A DNA stretch of 64,000 nucleotides from an uncultured SAR86 cluster bacterium (GCA_902526045.1 CABZJI010000001.1:529416-593415), one strand, 5' to 3'. Positions 19,558 through 30,736 are shown, numbered from the stretch's first letter. The notes: generated by a model from the sequence alone, not told the origin. Numbers and translations are program-made.

Positions 19558-20719
19558 AAAGCAAAACTTTATAAATAGAATTTTATTTGGTAGCCACGAT
19601 AGGAATATTAATTTTGATAATTTCGACTTCACAACAATAACAATATCTATTTTCTTAGCTTTCTTTGGAATTTTGATGGTTTCAAGCATTTCATTTAACG
19701 AGTTAACCAGTAGGCACATATTTAATTTGATGGTGGGTTTCGTTCTTTTCTTCTTTATATTCAGGTTTGAGATGAGTACATGGAGAAATATTGATTTATA
19801 TCTTATTTTTTTATCACTCTTTCTTTTGTTGATGCTCTTAGTACCTCATCTTGCACCAGAAATAAACGGAGCAAAGAGGTGGATAAAGTTCCTTGGTTTT
19901 AGTTTTCAGCCTGCTGAATTAGCCAAGTTATCATTATTGATTTACGTATCATCTTTTTGTATCAGGAAGAAAGAAGAATTTAAATCAAATTGGAGAGGTT
20001 TTTGGAAGCCAATTTTCATAATGGTTTCACTTATTTCTCTAATTTTATTGCAACCAGATCTCGGATCTTCGGCAATTATCTTTTTGGTAACTCTCACAAT
20101 TATGTTTATTGCTGGCGCGCCTATTGTTCATTTTATTACAATCTCTATGGTAGGTCTTTTTACATTTATTTTGATGATTTTTTTGGTTCCTTGGAGATTT
20201 CAAAGAATACTTTCATTTATGAATCCATGGGAAAATGCTCAAGAAGGAGGATATCAACTGACAAGATCTTTTTCTGCTATTGGTAGAGGTGACTGGTTCG
20301 GCACTGGCTATGGAGAAAGTTGGTTGAAATTAAATTTATTGCCAGACGCTCAAACTGACTTTGTTTTTTCAATTATTTTGGAGGAATTTGGTAGTTTTTT
20401 TGGATTAATCTTAATTTTTATTTTTCTAGTTTTAGTCATAAGATGTTTCATGATTGGACGTTTAGCAAGAAAGATGAATCAAATGTTTAATTCATTTATT
20501 GCATATGGCATTGGTACTTTGATTGGGTTACATGTTTTTATCAATATCGGCGTGTCTATCGGACTACTTCCTACAAAAGGGCTGACGTTGCCATTCTTGA
20601 GCTACGGTGGTTCCAATTTATTTTTGACCTTTATTTTGATTTCACTGATTCAAAGAATATATTTTGAGTTAAATGAATCAGATAGACATAAAGTGACATC
20701 AAGGAGGAAAAATTTCTAA
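19547..20719 (+). CDS. ftsW: SEDS-family peptidoglycan glycosyltransferase FtsW
   Basis: Polytopic membrane protein. LQPDLGS and LPTKGLTLPFLSYGGS motifs. Confidence 0.93.
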   Translation: MLARKQNFINRILFGSHDRNINFDNFDFTTITISIFLAFFGILMVSSISFNELTSRHIFNLMVGFVLFFFIFRFEMSTWRNIDLYLIFLSLFLLLMLLVPHLAPEINGAKRWIKFLGFSFQPAELAKLSLLIYVSSFCIRKKEEFKSNWRGFWKPIFIMVSLISLILLQPDLGSSAIIFLVTLTIMFIAGAPIVHFITISMVGLFTFILMIFLVPWRFQRILSFMNPWENAQEGGYQLTRSFSAIGRGDWFGTGYGESWLKLNLLPDAQTDFVFSIILEEFGSFFGLILIFIFLVLVIRCFMIGRLARKMNQMFNSFIAYGIGTLIGLHVFINIGVSIGLLPTKGLTLPFLSYGGSNLFLTFILISLIQRIYFELNESDRHKVTSRRKNF

Positions 20720-21782
20720 AAAATTCTTCATAGTTGCTGGAGGAACAGGAGGTCATGTATTTCCTGCCGAGCAAATTGCGAAAGACTTATTAAAAAAAGA
20801 TATCTCTATAATCTGGATTGGTACAGCCAGAGGACCGGAGAAAAATATATGTAAAAAGCTTGGCATCAAATTTATAGAATATGATTTAGTAGGTTTCAGA
20901 GGAAAGGGCTTGATTAATAAATTTTATTCAGTTTTAAAACTACTTCACTCTGGGTTGAAATTTTTTTTCAAATACCGAGTTTTCTCCAGTCAGAATGATC
21001 AAATGATTGTTTTTGGAGGGTACACGTCAATGATCGCTTTATTTTTCCCTTTTAGAACAATCTATGCACAAGAGCAAAATTCAATCCCAGGATCTGCTAT
21101 AAGGATTCTTTCTAAGTTGGCATATCTTGATAAAGTATTTTTGGGCTTCGGTCAGGCATCTAATTATTTCAAAAAAACTAAAATTAATTTTCTTATTGAT
21201 AGTGGCAATCCTATTCGAGATGAACTTTTAGGTTTAAAACAAAAAAACATTGATCAGTTTAACAACCTTCTAATAATTGGAGGCAGCCAAGGTTCAGATT
21301 TTTTAAATCATTTAGTGCCAAAAGTATTAGGAGGAATCGATAAAGATAGTTTGAAAATCCGTCATCAGTGTGGATTGAAACATAGAGAAATAACCCAAAA
21401 AGCTTACAAGAAAAGTAATGTTAATAATCAATTCACAGTAAGCGAATTTATAGATGATATGAGAGAAGCATATGAATGGAGCGATGTTGTCATTTGTAGG
21501 GGAGGCGCGCTGACAGTATCAGAATTAATCATGGTTAGAAGATCAGCATTTATAATCCCTATTCCAAATTCAATTGATAATCACCAAATTTTAAATGCAA
21601 AATTTTTTGAGGAAAGAGGATTTGGAAAGGTTTTAGAACAAGATTCCGATATTAATAATCTGATATCGAACCTGAGAGAATCAATTTTAGATAATACTTC
21701 TGTAAAAAGTTATTATGAGCAACTTAATAAGAATTCATTTACTAACTCTTCGAAAATTATCATTGATAATTTAAATATCTAA
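20712..21782 (+). CDS. murG: UDP-GlcNAc:lipid I GlcNAc transferase MurG. 5' end extended beyond the ORF-track call; probable ATT start.
   Basis: The track ORF (20910-21782) lacks the MurG N-terminus. The same frame is open from 20697 and encodes (I)SKKFFIVAGGTGGHVFPAEQIAKDL, the MurG G-loop. No ATG/GTG/TTG occurs in frame before 20910. AAGGAGG (20701-20707) lies 4 nt before ATT 20712. Confidence 0.8.
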   Translation: MSKKFFIVAGGTGGHVFPAEQIAKDLLKKDISIIWIGTARGPEKNICKKLGIKFIEYDLVGFRGKGLINKFYSVLKLLHSGLKFFFKYRVFSSQNDQMIVFGGYTSMIALFFPFRTIYAQEQNSIPGSAIRILSKLAYLDKVFLGFGQASNYFKKTKINFLIDSGNPIRDELLGLKQKNIDQFNNLLIIGGSQGSDFLNHLVPKVLGGIDKDSLKIRHQCGLKHREITQKAYKKSNVNNQFTVSEFIDDMREAYEWSDVVICRGGALTVSELIMVRRSAFIIPIPNSIDNHQILNAKFFEERGFGKVLEQDSDINNLISNLRESILDNTSVKSYYEQLNKNSFTNSSKIIIDNLNI

Positions 21783-23155
21783 TGTCCAGCATAAAAAATA
21801 TTCATCTAGTTGGAATCGGTGGAGCAGGTATGAGCGGAATTGCAGAGATTCTTCATAATCAAGACTATTTTGTTTCAGGAAGTGATCTAGAGGATACAGA
21901 TGTGACAAAAAGACTAAAAAATCTAGGGGTAAAAATTTTCAAAGGCCACAGAGAAAGTAATGTCCTAAAAAAAGATCTTGTAGTGATTTCATCGGCAATA
22001 TCAAAAAAAAATGTTGAGCTTAAAAAAGCAATTTCTATGGGCATACCAGTTATTCCTAGAGCTGAAATGTTGGCTAATCTTATGATGCTTAAAAATAGCA
22101 TTGCGGTTGCAGGCAGTCATGGAAAAACTACCGTAACTTGCATAATGGCTCATATTTTCACAGAGGCAGGTCTAGACCCTACTTACATCATTGGAGGCAA
22201 AGTAAAGTCTTTTGAATCAAATGCCAAATTAGGTCTTGGCGAACATATCATTGCGGAAGCTGACGAGAGTGATGGATCTTTCTTAAATCTTAGGCCTCTG
22301 AAAGCTTTAGTTACAAATATAGATAACGATCATTTAGGTACTTATGGTAATGACTTTAATAATTTAAAAAAGTCTTTTAAAAAATTTTGTCTCTCATTGC
22401 CTTTTCAAGGCTATTTAATTGCCAATGGCGATGATCAATCCATTAAAAGTATTATTAAAAACATACCAAGGAATTCATTTTCTTTTGGAAAAGATAAAAG
22501 TAATGACTATCAAATCAAAGATATAAAACAAAACATTAGAGGGACAAGTTTTGTGCTCAAAGATAATTTCATTAAAAAAGATTATAGCTTTTCCATGTCA
22601 ATGCATGGCGAACATAATGTTATGAATGCAACATCTGCGATTATTGCGGCTATTCAAGAAAATATTGATATGTCTTTGATAAAAAAATCTCTCAAAACTT
22701 GTTCTTCAATCGAGAGACGTTTTGAAATTATCTCTGATGATATCTTTTCAAAAAAGATTACCCTAGTTGATGATTACGGACATCATCCCAAAGAAATCAA
22801 ATATTCTCATGACACAGCATCTGAAATATGGAAAAACAAAAAGAAGATTGTTGTTTTTCAACCGCATAGATATACGAGAACAAAAGATCTTTTTAATGAA
22901 TTTATTGAAATACTTTTAGATATAGAAAACCTTCTATTGCTAGATATTTATCCCGCGAGCGAGAGGAAAATCAAAGGCTATGAAGGTAAAGATCTATTTC
23001 ACACCCTTAAAGAAAATGGCTCAAACGTAATATTTTGTCAAAATCATACCGACGTAATTCAAAAGCTTCAAAATATGACTACTGGAAGTGAGGTCATTAT
23101 GACTCAAGGGGCAGGAACGACTTCAGAGCTTGCAAGAAAGATATCTAATCAATGA
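21782..23155 (+). CDS. murC: UDP-MurNAc:L-alanine ligase
   Basis: GIGGAGMSGIAE N-terminus, GSHGKTT P-loop. TAATG overlap with murG. Confidence 0.95.
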   Translation: MSSIKNIHLVGIGGAGMSGIAEILHNQDYFVSGSDLEDTDVTKRLKNLGVKIFKGHRESNVLKKDLVVISSAISKKNVELKKAISMGIPVIPRAEMLANLMMLKNSIAVAGSHGKTTVTCIMAHIFTEAGLDPTYIIGGKVKSFESNAKLGLGEHIIAEADESDGSFLNLRPLKALVTNIDNDHLGTYGNDFNNLKKSFKKFCLSLPFQGYLIANGDDQSIKSIIKNIPRNSFSFGKDKSNDYQIKDIKQNIRGTSFVLKDNFIKKDYSFSMSMHGEHNVMNATSAIIAAIQENIDMSLIKKSLKTCSSIERRFEIISDDIFSKKITLVDDYGHHPKEIKYSHDTASEIWKNKKKIVVFQPHRYTRTKDLFNEFIEILLDIENLLLLDIYPASERKIKGYEGKDLFHTLKENGSNVIFCQNHTDVIQKLQNMTTGSEVIMTQGAGTTSELARKISNQ

Positions 23156-24069
23156 TAAATAAAAAAATTGCAGTATTATGCGGCGGTTGGTCAGAGGAAA
23201 GAGTCATTTCATTAAAGAGCGGTGATTCTGTTTACCAATGTCTGAAAGAAAATGGTTACGAAGTTTCTAAAATTGATGTCAAAACCGCAAATGAGGCGTT
23301 CAATAGGGATTTATATTCTGAATTCGATCTTGTCTTCATTTTACTTCATGGCAGAGGAGGAGAAGATGGAGAAATTCAAAAGTTCTTTGAAGAGAATCAC
23401 ATTTTATTCACTGGATCAAATTCGCATTCTTCCAAAATCACTATGAATAAAATAGAGACCAAAGAAATTTGGAGAAAAAATAATATTAAAACACCAGAAT
23501 ATTTTATCTATGGGGAAAACTTCTCCATAGATAATTTATCCTCATTCGATAAATGGGTAATCAAGCCGAATTTAGAGGGATCTTCTAACGGCATCTCTTT
23601 TTACAGCAATTTTGAAGGGAAAGAGAATTTTCAAAAAAAAATTAAACTAGCTCAAAAATATGATGATTCAGTATTAATAGAAAGGTTTATAGATGGTAAA
23701 GAAATTACTGTACCGATAATTAACAAAAGATGCCTTAGGCCCATTCATATTATCCCAGAGGGCGAGTTTTATGATTTTGAAGCCAAATATGTTTCCAAAA
23801 ATACAAAATATTTAGAGTACAAGACAGATTCAGAAAAGTTGGATACTTTAAATGATCTTGTAATTAATGCTTATGAACTTGTTGATGCCGAAAATTGGGG
23901 CCGTATTGATATCATTGATGATGGTGAAGATTATTTCTTTATAGAACTTAACTCAGTTCCTGGAATGACGGAGACTAGTTTAGTACCAAAATCATCTGAT
24001 CTCTCCGGTTTCAGCTATCTTGAATTACTGGAGAGTATTATTGATGATGCTCTTGCCAAAAAAGCATAA
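23152..24069 (+). CDS. ddl: D-alanine--D-alanine ligase
   Basis: ATP-grasp enzyme. LHGRGGEDGEIQ, EGSSNGIS and ELNSVPGMTE motifs. ATGA overlap with murC. Confidence 0.94.
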   Translation: MINKKIAVLCGGWSEERVISLKSGDSVYQCLKENGYEVSKIDVKTANEAFNRDLYSEFDLVFILLHGRGGEDGEIQKFFEENHILFTGSNSHSSKITMNKIETKEIWRKNNIKTPEYFIYGENFSIDNLSSFDKWVIKPNLEGSSNGISFYSNFEGKENFQKKIKLAQKYDDSVLIERFIDGKEITVPIINKRCLRPIHIIPEGEFYDFEAKYVSKNTKYLEYKTDSEKLDTLNDLVINAYELVDAENWGRIDIIDDGEDYFFIELNSVPGMTETSLVPKSSDLSGFSYLELLESIIDDALAKKA

Positions 24070-24135
24070 TCTCTCTAGAATCGGTCCTTTTCTTGCTGAG
24101 ATAAAAGTATTTTAGCTACAAACCATAAGAAAAAT

Positions 24136-24696
24136 ATGAACCACTACGAAATTGTTTTTTTAATCCATCCTGATCAAAAATCAGATTCTGAAGCAATACT
24201 AAGCAAGTATTGCGATCAAATAAAATCTTCTAATGGAACTATCGACAGATCTGAGAATATAGGTTCTAGAAAGCTGGCTTATCCTATCCAAGATTGTTAC
24301 AAAGCAAATTACTGCTGTATCAATGTTACCTGTGAAACCGATCAAATTGATGATCTCAAAGAATCTTTCAAATATAACGATGCAATTCTTAGACACTTGA
24401 TTGTCAGAAAAGATGACATTGAAACAGAACCGTCTTCACTTTTAAAACAAAATCAAGAAGACGGTCAAACTCAACTTGAGGAATACGAAGCTTCAATTAA
24501 AAATGATAATCCTCTCAAAGAGGTTACGAAGACTTCAGAAAAATCTTCTTCAGATAAAGATACTGAGGCGAAAGAAGAATCTGATCAATTAGAAAATGAT
24601 TCAGAAGAAATAAACATGGCTAATGAAAATAATGATGGTGATGAAACTGTAGTTGAAGCAGAAGGTGAATCAAAAGAAGATAAAGGTGCAACATGA
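24136..24696 (+). CDS. rpsF: 30S ribosomal protein S6 with a long acidic C-terminal extension
   Basis: [14 protein letters not shown] start typical of S6. The last ~85 aa are an Asp/Glu/Ser-rich low-complexity tail. Confidence 0.93.
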   Translation: MNHYEIVFLIHPDQKSDSEAILSKYCDQIKSSNGTIDRSENIGSRKLAYPIQDCYKANYCCINVTCETDQIDDLKESFKYNDAILRHLIVRKDDIETEPSSLLKQNQEDGQTQLEEYEASIKNDNPLKEVTKTSEKSSSDKDTEAKEESDQLENDSEEINMANENNDGDETVVEAEGESKEDKGAT

Positions 24697-24962
24697 GAAG
24701 AAAGAAAGATATAAGAAAAAAAAATACTGGTCTAGAACCTTTAGTAAAGCAAGCTAGAAAATGTAGATTCTCTGCTGAAGGCATCAAGCAGATTGATTAC
24801 AAAGACGTAAACTTGTTAAAAGAATTCATAAATGAAAATGGGAAAATACTTCCAGCAAGATTAACAGGAACATCTGCAAAGTATCAAAGGCAATTAGAAA
24901 CTGCCATTAAGAGAGCAAGGCTTCTCGCGCTTCTTCCATACACTGACAGTCACTATTCTTAA
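24693..24962 (+). CDS. rpsR: 30S ribosomal protein S18
   Basis: [12 protein letters not shown] and [23 protein letters not shown] motifs. ATGA overlap with rpsF. About 14 aa longer at the N-terminus than E. coli S18. No priB between rpsF and rpsR. Confidence 0.93.
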   Translation: MRRKKDIRKKNTGLEPLVKQARKCRFSAEGIKQIDYKDVNLLKEFINENGKILPARLTGTSAKYQRQLETAIKRARLLALLPYTDSHYS

Positions 24963-24965
24963 TAA

Positions 24966-25415
24966 ATGAAAGTTATTTTATTAGAGAGAATCACTGGCTT
25001 AGGAGCGCCAGGCGATCTTGTAACAGTTAAATCTGGATACGGAAGAAATTTTCTTTTGCCTGGCAAAAAAGCTATTCCAGCAAATAAAGAAAACATGGAC
25101 AAATATGAGGCAGAGAAAGCTCAAATCCTTGCTGCTGAAGAATCAAAGAAAGCTTCTGCGCAAACCGTTTATGATCAACTTAACGGACAAAGCTTTGAAA
25201 TTGTATCTGCTGTTACTGAAGAAAATACTCTTTATGGTTCTGTTGGGACTAGCGAAATTATTGAGAAAGTTACAACTGCTGGTTTTGATCTACATAAACA
25301 AGTTGTTAGACTTCCAGAAGGGCCAATTAAAGATCTTGGTGATTTTGAGATAGACATAGAATTGCATCCTGAAGTTATTGCTAAAATAAATATAAAAGTT
25401 TCACCAGAAGAATAA
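24966..25415 (+). CDS. rplI: 50S ribosomal protein L9
   Basis: MKVILLE...LG..GD.V.VK.GY.RNFL.P start typical of L9. Confidence 0.96.
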   Translation: MKVILLERITGLGAPGDLVTVKSGYGRNFLLPGKKAIPANKENMDKYEAEKAQILAAEESKKASAQTVYDQLNGQSFEIVSAVTEENTLYGSVGTSEIIEKVTTAGFDLHKQVVRLPEGPIKDLGDFEIDIELHPEVIAKINIKVSPEE

Positions 25416-25421
25416 TTTTCG

Positions 25422-26840
25422 TTGTTTTCTATTTATTCGGATGGGAGAATAGAAAATGTGAAGAGCTTCGATAAAAATTCATTACCTTCATCTATAAAAG
25501 CAGAAAAAGCTGCTTTAGGTTGTCTTCTCTTAGAGCCTAATTTATGGGATGATCTTGCCACTCAAGTTGAGGAAAAAGATTTTATTAAAGTAGAAAATAA
25601 AATAATTTATAGAGCTATAAAGAAGCTTTCAGATCAGGGCACTCAATTAGATACTCTCACTTTAATAGAAGCTGTGTCTTCAGATGCAGAAATCAAGAAA
25701 AATCCTAATTTAAACTTTTCTTCTTACATAAAAGATTTATTTGAGGAAACTCCAGGAACCTCCAATTTCACTAATTATGTTGACATCGTTAAACAAACAT
25801 CTAGCTTAAGGAAACTTATAGAAACTGCCGATGAAATTTCATCAACCGCATTCTCTACAGATAGTTTTAGCAGTGATGATGCAATAACTAAAGCCGAAGA
25901 TAAGATACTGAAATTAAGAGACTCAATTGAAAGAAAAAGCGGACCACAAATAGCTAGGGATCTTGTGGGTCCAGTCTATGAAAATATTGATATAAACATT
26001 AAGTCATCGGGACCTCTTGTTGGATATAGTACTGGATTTAAATATATTGATAACTTAACAATGGGCCTTCAGAAGGGAGATTTGTTTATTATTGCTGGAA
26101 GACCAGGGATGGGTAAGACTGCTTTTGCGATGAGCATTGCTTGTAACTTATTAATTGATGAAGTTCCTGTTCTTCTTTTTAGTATGGAGATGTCATCAAG
26201 ATCCATCATGTACAGACTTTTCTCTTCACTTTCCAGAGTAGATTTTAAAAAACTGCAAGAAGCTAAAAATCTCTCAGAGAAAGATTTTCGAGATATTGAT
26301 GATGCTTCAACTATACTCAGTAAGTCAAAATTATTTATAGATGATACGCCTGGCCTTACTCCATCTGAGCTAATTTCAAGGGCAAGAAAAGTTAAAAGAG
26401 AAAATCCTGATTTAGGCCTAATAATTATTGATTATCTTCAGCTTATGAATTCTGATAGGAACTCTGAGAATAGAGTTACTGAAATGAGCGAGATATCCAG
26501 ATCAGTAAAATCCTTAGCTAGAGATTTAGATATCAATGTAATTGCGTTATCACAACTTAACCGTGCTGTTGAGAATAGAAATAACAAAAGACCTCTAATG
26601 TCAGATTTAAGAGAATCCGGTGCTTTAGAGCAGGATGCTGATTTAGTAGTCTTTGTGTACAGGGATGAATACTATAATGAAACACCAGAGAATAAAGGTT
26701 TAGCTGAAGTTAATATCGCCAAGCATAGGAATGGGAAAACTGGAAAAGTAAAACTTCATTTTGCATCTAACATAATAAAGTTTGAAAACTTAGCTGATAA
26801 TGATCCAGCAATGTCAATGCCAACGAATTATGAGGATTGA
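25422..26840 (+). CDS. dnaB: replicative DNA helicase DnaB
   Basis: TTG start. AEKAALGCLLLEP N-terminal domain, Walker A GRPGMGKTAF, IIIDYLQLM, LSQLNR.VE.R. Confidence 0.96.
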   Translation: MFSIYSDGRIENVKSFDKNSLPSSIKAEKAALGCLLLEPNLWDDLATQVEEKDFIKVENKIIYRAIKKLSDQGTQLDTLTLIEAVSSDAEIKKNPNLNFSSYIKDLFEETPGTSNFTNYVDIVKQTSSLRKLIETADEISSTAFSTDSFSSDDAITKAEDKILKLRDSIERKSGPQIARDLVGPVYENIDINIKSSGPLVGYSTGFKYIDNLTMGLQKGDLFIIAGRPGMGKTAFAMSIACNLLIDEVPVLLFSMEMSSRSIMYRLFSSLSRVDFKKLQEAKNLSEKDFRDIDDASTILSKSKLFIDDTPGLTPSELISRARKVKRENPDLGLIIIDYLQLMNSDRNSENRVTEMSEISRSVKSLARDLDINVIALSQLNRAVENRNNKRPLMSDLRESGALEQDADLVVFVYRDEYYNETPENKGLAEVNIAKHRNGKTGKVKLHFASNIIKFENLADNDPAMSMPTNYED

Positions 26841-26843
26841 GAT

Positions 26844-27920
26844 TTGCCAAGACCAACAACTGCAATAATCGATCTTTCATCCATTGCTTACAACTTTAAT
26901 GTTATAAAAAACCATTGTCCTAAATCTAAAATATATTCTGTAGTTAAGTCTAACGCTTATGGACATGGTGTGAGGAAAGTCGTCGATGCATTAAAAAGGT
27001 CTGATGGATTTTGTGTAGCTACAATTGAAGAAGCAGGGGAATTTAGAGAGTTTTCAAAAAAACCTCTTTTATGTCTGCAAGGTTTTTATGATAAGGAAGA
27101 TTTAAAATTTGCTCACTTCCATAAATTAGAATTAGTTATCCATAATAAAGAACAAATTGAGCTTTTGGAGAAGTCAAAACTTTCTTTTTCTTCTTTGTGG
27201 CTTAAATTTGATACGGGTATGAATAGGTTAGGTTTTGTGCATAACGACATTGAAAACATGATGCATAGGCTAAAACCATTTTCAAAAAAGATAGTTCTAA
27301 TGACTCACCTTAAATCTTCATCTGGAAAAAAAATGTCCAAGAAGGTTACCAATGAACAATATAATTTATTTACAAAAACATCCTTAAATCTGAGAAAACA
27401 AAAGCATAAATTCTTTACGAGCGTTTCAAACTCAGGGGGAATTCTTAACTTTGACGATTTATTTTCAGATATTGAAAGGCCAGGATTATCTTTGTATGGA
27501 AGTCATTATGGACATGAATCTAAAACTTTTAGATTAAAAAATGTAACTACACTAGTTTCAAAAATTATTGCAATTAAAGAAATTAAGAAAGGAGAAACAG
27601 TTGGTTATGATGGTTTATGGCAAGCGAAAAAAAATAGTCTAATAGGAATCGTTCCAATAGGATATTCTGATGGAATCCCATTAAATTACGGTAACAAAGG
27701 TTATGTTTTAGTTAAACAATCTAAAGCCAAAGTGATAGGGAGGGTAGCCATGGATTTAATGGCCATTGAGCTTCCTCATGATGAAATAAATGTAGGCGAG
27801 GATATAATCTTATGGGGAAAAGAACTTAAAGTAGACGAGTTGGCTTTGTTGACAGATAATATCCCATACTCTTTTATGACATCACTTTCTAAAAGAGTTA
27901 AAAGAAAATACATTAAATAA
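26844..27920 (+). CDS. alr: alanine racemase
   Basis: TTG start. PLP-lysine motif VVKSNAYGHG. dnaB-alr adjacency as in E. coli. Confidence 0.92.
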   Translation: MPRPTTAIIDLSSIAYNFNVIKNHCPKSKIYSVVKSNAYGHGVRKVVDALKRSDGFCVATIEEAGEFREFSKKPLLCLQGFYDKEDLKFAHFHKLELVIHNKEQIELLEKSKLSFSSLWLKFDTGMNRLGFVHNDIENMMHRLKPFSKKIVLMTHLKSSSGKKMSKKVTNEQYNLFTKTSLNLRKQKHKFFTSVSNSGGILNFDDLFSDIERPGLSLYGSHYGHESKTFRLKNVTTLVSKIIAIKEIKKGETVGYDGLWQAKKNSLIGIVPIGYSDGIPLNYGNKGYVLVKQSKAKVIGRVAMDLMAIELPHDEINVGEDIILWGKELKVDELALLTDNIPYSFMTSLSKRVKRKYIK

Positions 27921-27922
27921 TT

Positions 27923-29035
27923 ATGAAGATAAAAGTAGTTGAAGAAACGCCAAGAAAAGTTATTGAATTTCCACTTGATAACGATATGGATCTTAGTAAA
28001 GAAGATGTTGAGGATGTAGCGGAAATCTTTAATACTCCTCTGACAGGATCTTATAACTGGGATTACACGGTTCAAGATAATAGAATTAAAAGACTTTACG
28101 AACTTGGTAAAGATTTAAATTGGAACGCTGAAAAGGATATTGATTGGGATAGACCTCTACCAGAGCGAGAAGAAAATCCTCCAGAAATTTTCTGGGATCA
28201 GTACAAGCCTTATCAAGACTTATCTAAAGATGATAAATTTAAATTTCTCCAACATCGTGCGGCATGGTCTATAAGTCAATTCCTTCATGGTGAACAAGGT
28301 GCTTTATTGGTGGCTTCTCAGCTTGTTTCTTGCGCTCCCACTTTCAATGCAAAACTTTATGCAGCTTCACAAACCTTTGATGAAGCGAGACACGTCGAGG
28401 CATTTAACAAGTATATACAAAAAAGAATTGGTCTTTCCTATCCAATTGGCCATGGCCTCAAATCTTTATTAGATAAAATTCTGTCTGATCATAGGTGGGA
28501 CTTAAAATTTATCGGAATGCAGATAATTATTGAAGGTCTTGCTCTGGCTGCTTTTAATGTAGCTCGACAAGGATCAAATGATCCTGTTTTCAGAGATATG
28601 CTTTACTTAATCATAAGAGATGAGGCTAGACATGTAACTTTTGGCGTCAACTACCTTGAAGAGTTCATTCAAACTTTATCAGAAGAAGAAAGAGAGGACC
28701 GTGCAATGTTTGCGTACGAAGCATCTGTTGTCATGCGATCAAGATTGATGGCTGCTGATGTATATTCAAATTTTGGATGGGATGTCGACGAGACAATGGC
28801 TTTTCAAAGTAAAGCAGATGTCAATGCTAATTTCCAGCATCTATTATTTACTCGAGTCATGCCTAACTTATCAAAGATCGGATTGATTACAGACAAGGTT
28901 AGACCACTCTATGATGAATTAGGGGTCTTAGATTTGGAAAGCTGGCCGAACGACGGTGAAATCGATTGGGTTTCTCTTGAAAGACCACTTGATGCTAACG
29001 AAGACAGTTCAGAACCTGAAATTATAGCTATTTAA
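27923..29035 (+). CDS. ferritin-like di-iron carboxylate protein (R2/AurF-like oxygenase fold), function unknown
   Basis: 370 aa. Ligand pattern E...EXXH...E...EXXH: LHGEQGAL, DEARHVEAF, IIIEGLALAAF, RDEARHVTF, with spacings of about 33, 48 and 30 aa. Confidence 0.7.
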   Translation: MKIKVVEETPRKVIEFPLDNDMDLSKEDVEDVAEIFNTPLTGSYNWDYTVQDNRIKRLYELGKDLNWNAEKDIDWDRPLPEREENPPEIFWDQYKPYQDLSKDDKFKFLQHRAAWSISQFLHGEQGALLVASQLVSCAPTFNAKLYAASQTFDEARHVEAFNKYIQKRIGLSYPIGHGLKSLLDKILSDHRWDLKFIGMQIIIEGLALAAFNVARQGSNDPVFRDMLYLIIRDEARHVTFGVNYLEEFIQTLSEEEREDRAMFAYEASVVMRSRLMAADVYSNFGWDVDETMAFQSKADVNANFQHLLFTRVMPNLSKIGLITDKVRPLYDELGVLDLESWPNDGEIDWVSLERPLDANEDSSEPEIIAI

Positions 29036-29053
29036 TACTTTCTACAGAACAAT

Positions 29054-29074
29054 CAGATACTTTCGAAGTATCTG
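29054..29074 (+). terminator. hairpin downstream of the di-iron gene (weak terminator candidate)
   Basis: CAGATACTT tcg AAGTATCTG: perfect 9-bp stem and 3-nt loop. Followed by tccatttct, a poor T-tract. Confidence 0.35.
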
Positions 29075-29088
29075 TCCATTTCTGATAA

Positions 29089-30735
<1,647 letters not shown>

Positions 30736-30736
30736 A

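Noticed and set aside
24693-24740. N-terminal ~14-aa extension of S18 and absence of priB between rpsF and rpsR
   Set aside because: No alternative canonical start exists downstream, so the extension is probably real but minor. The rpsF-rpsR arrangement without priB is normal outside the enterics.
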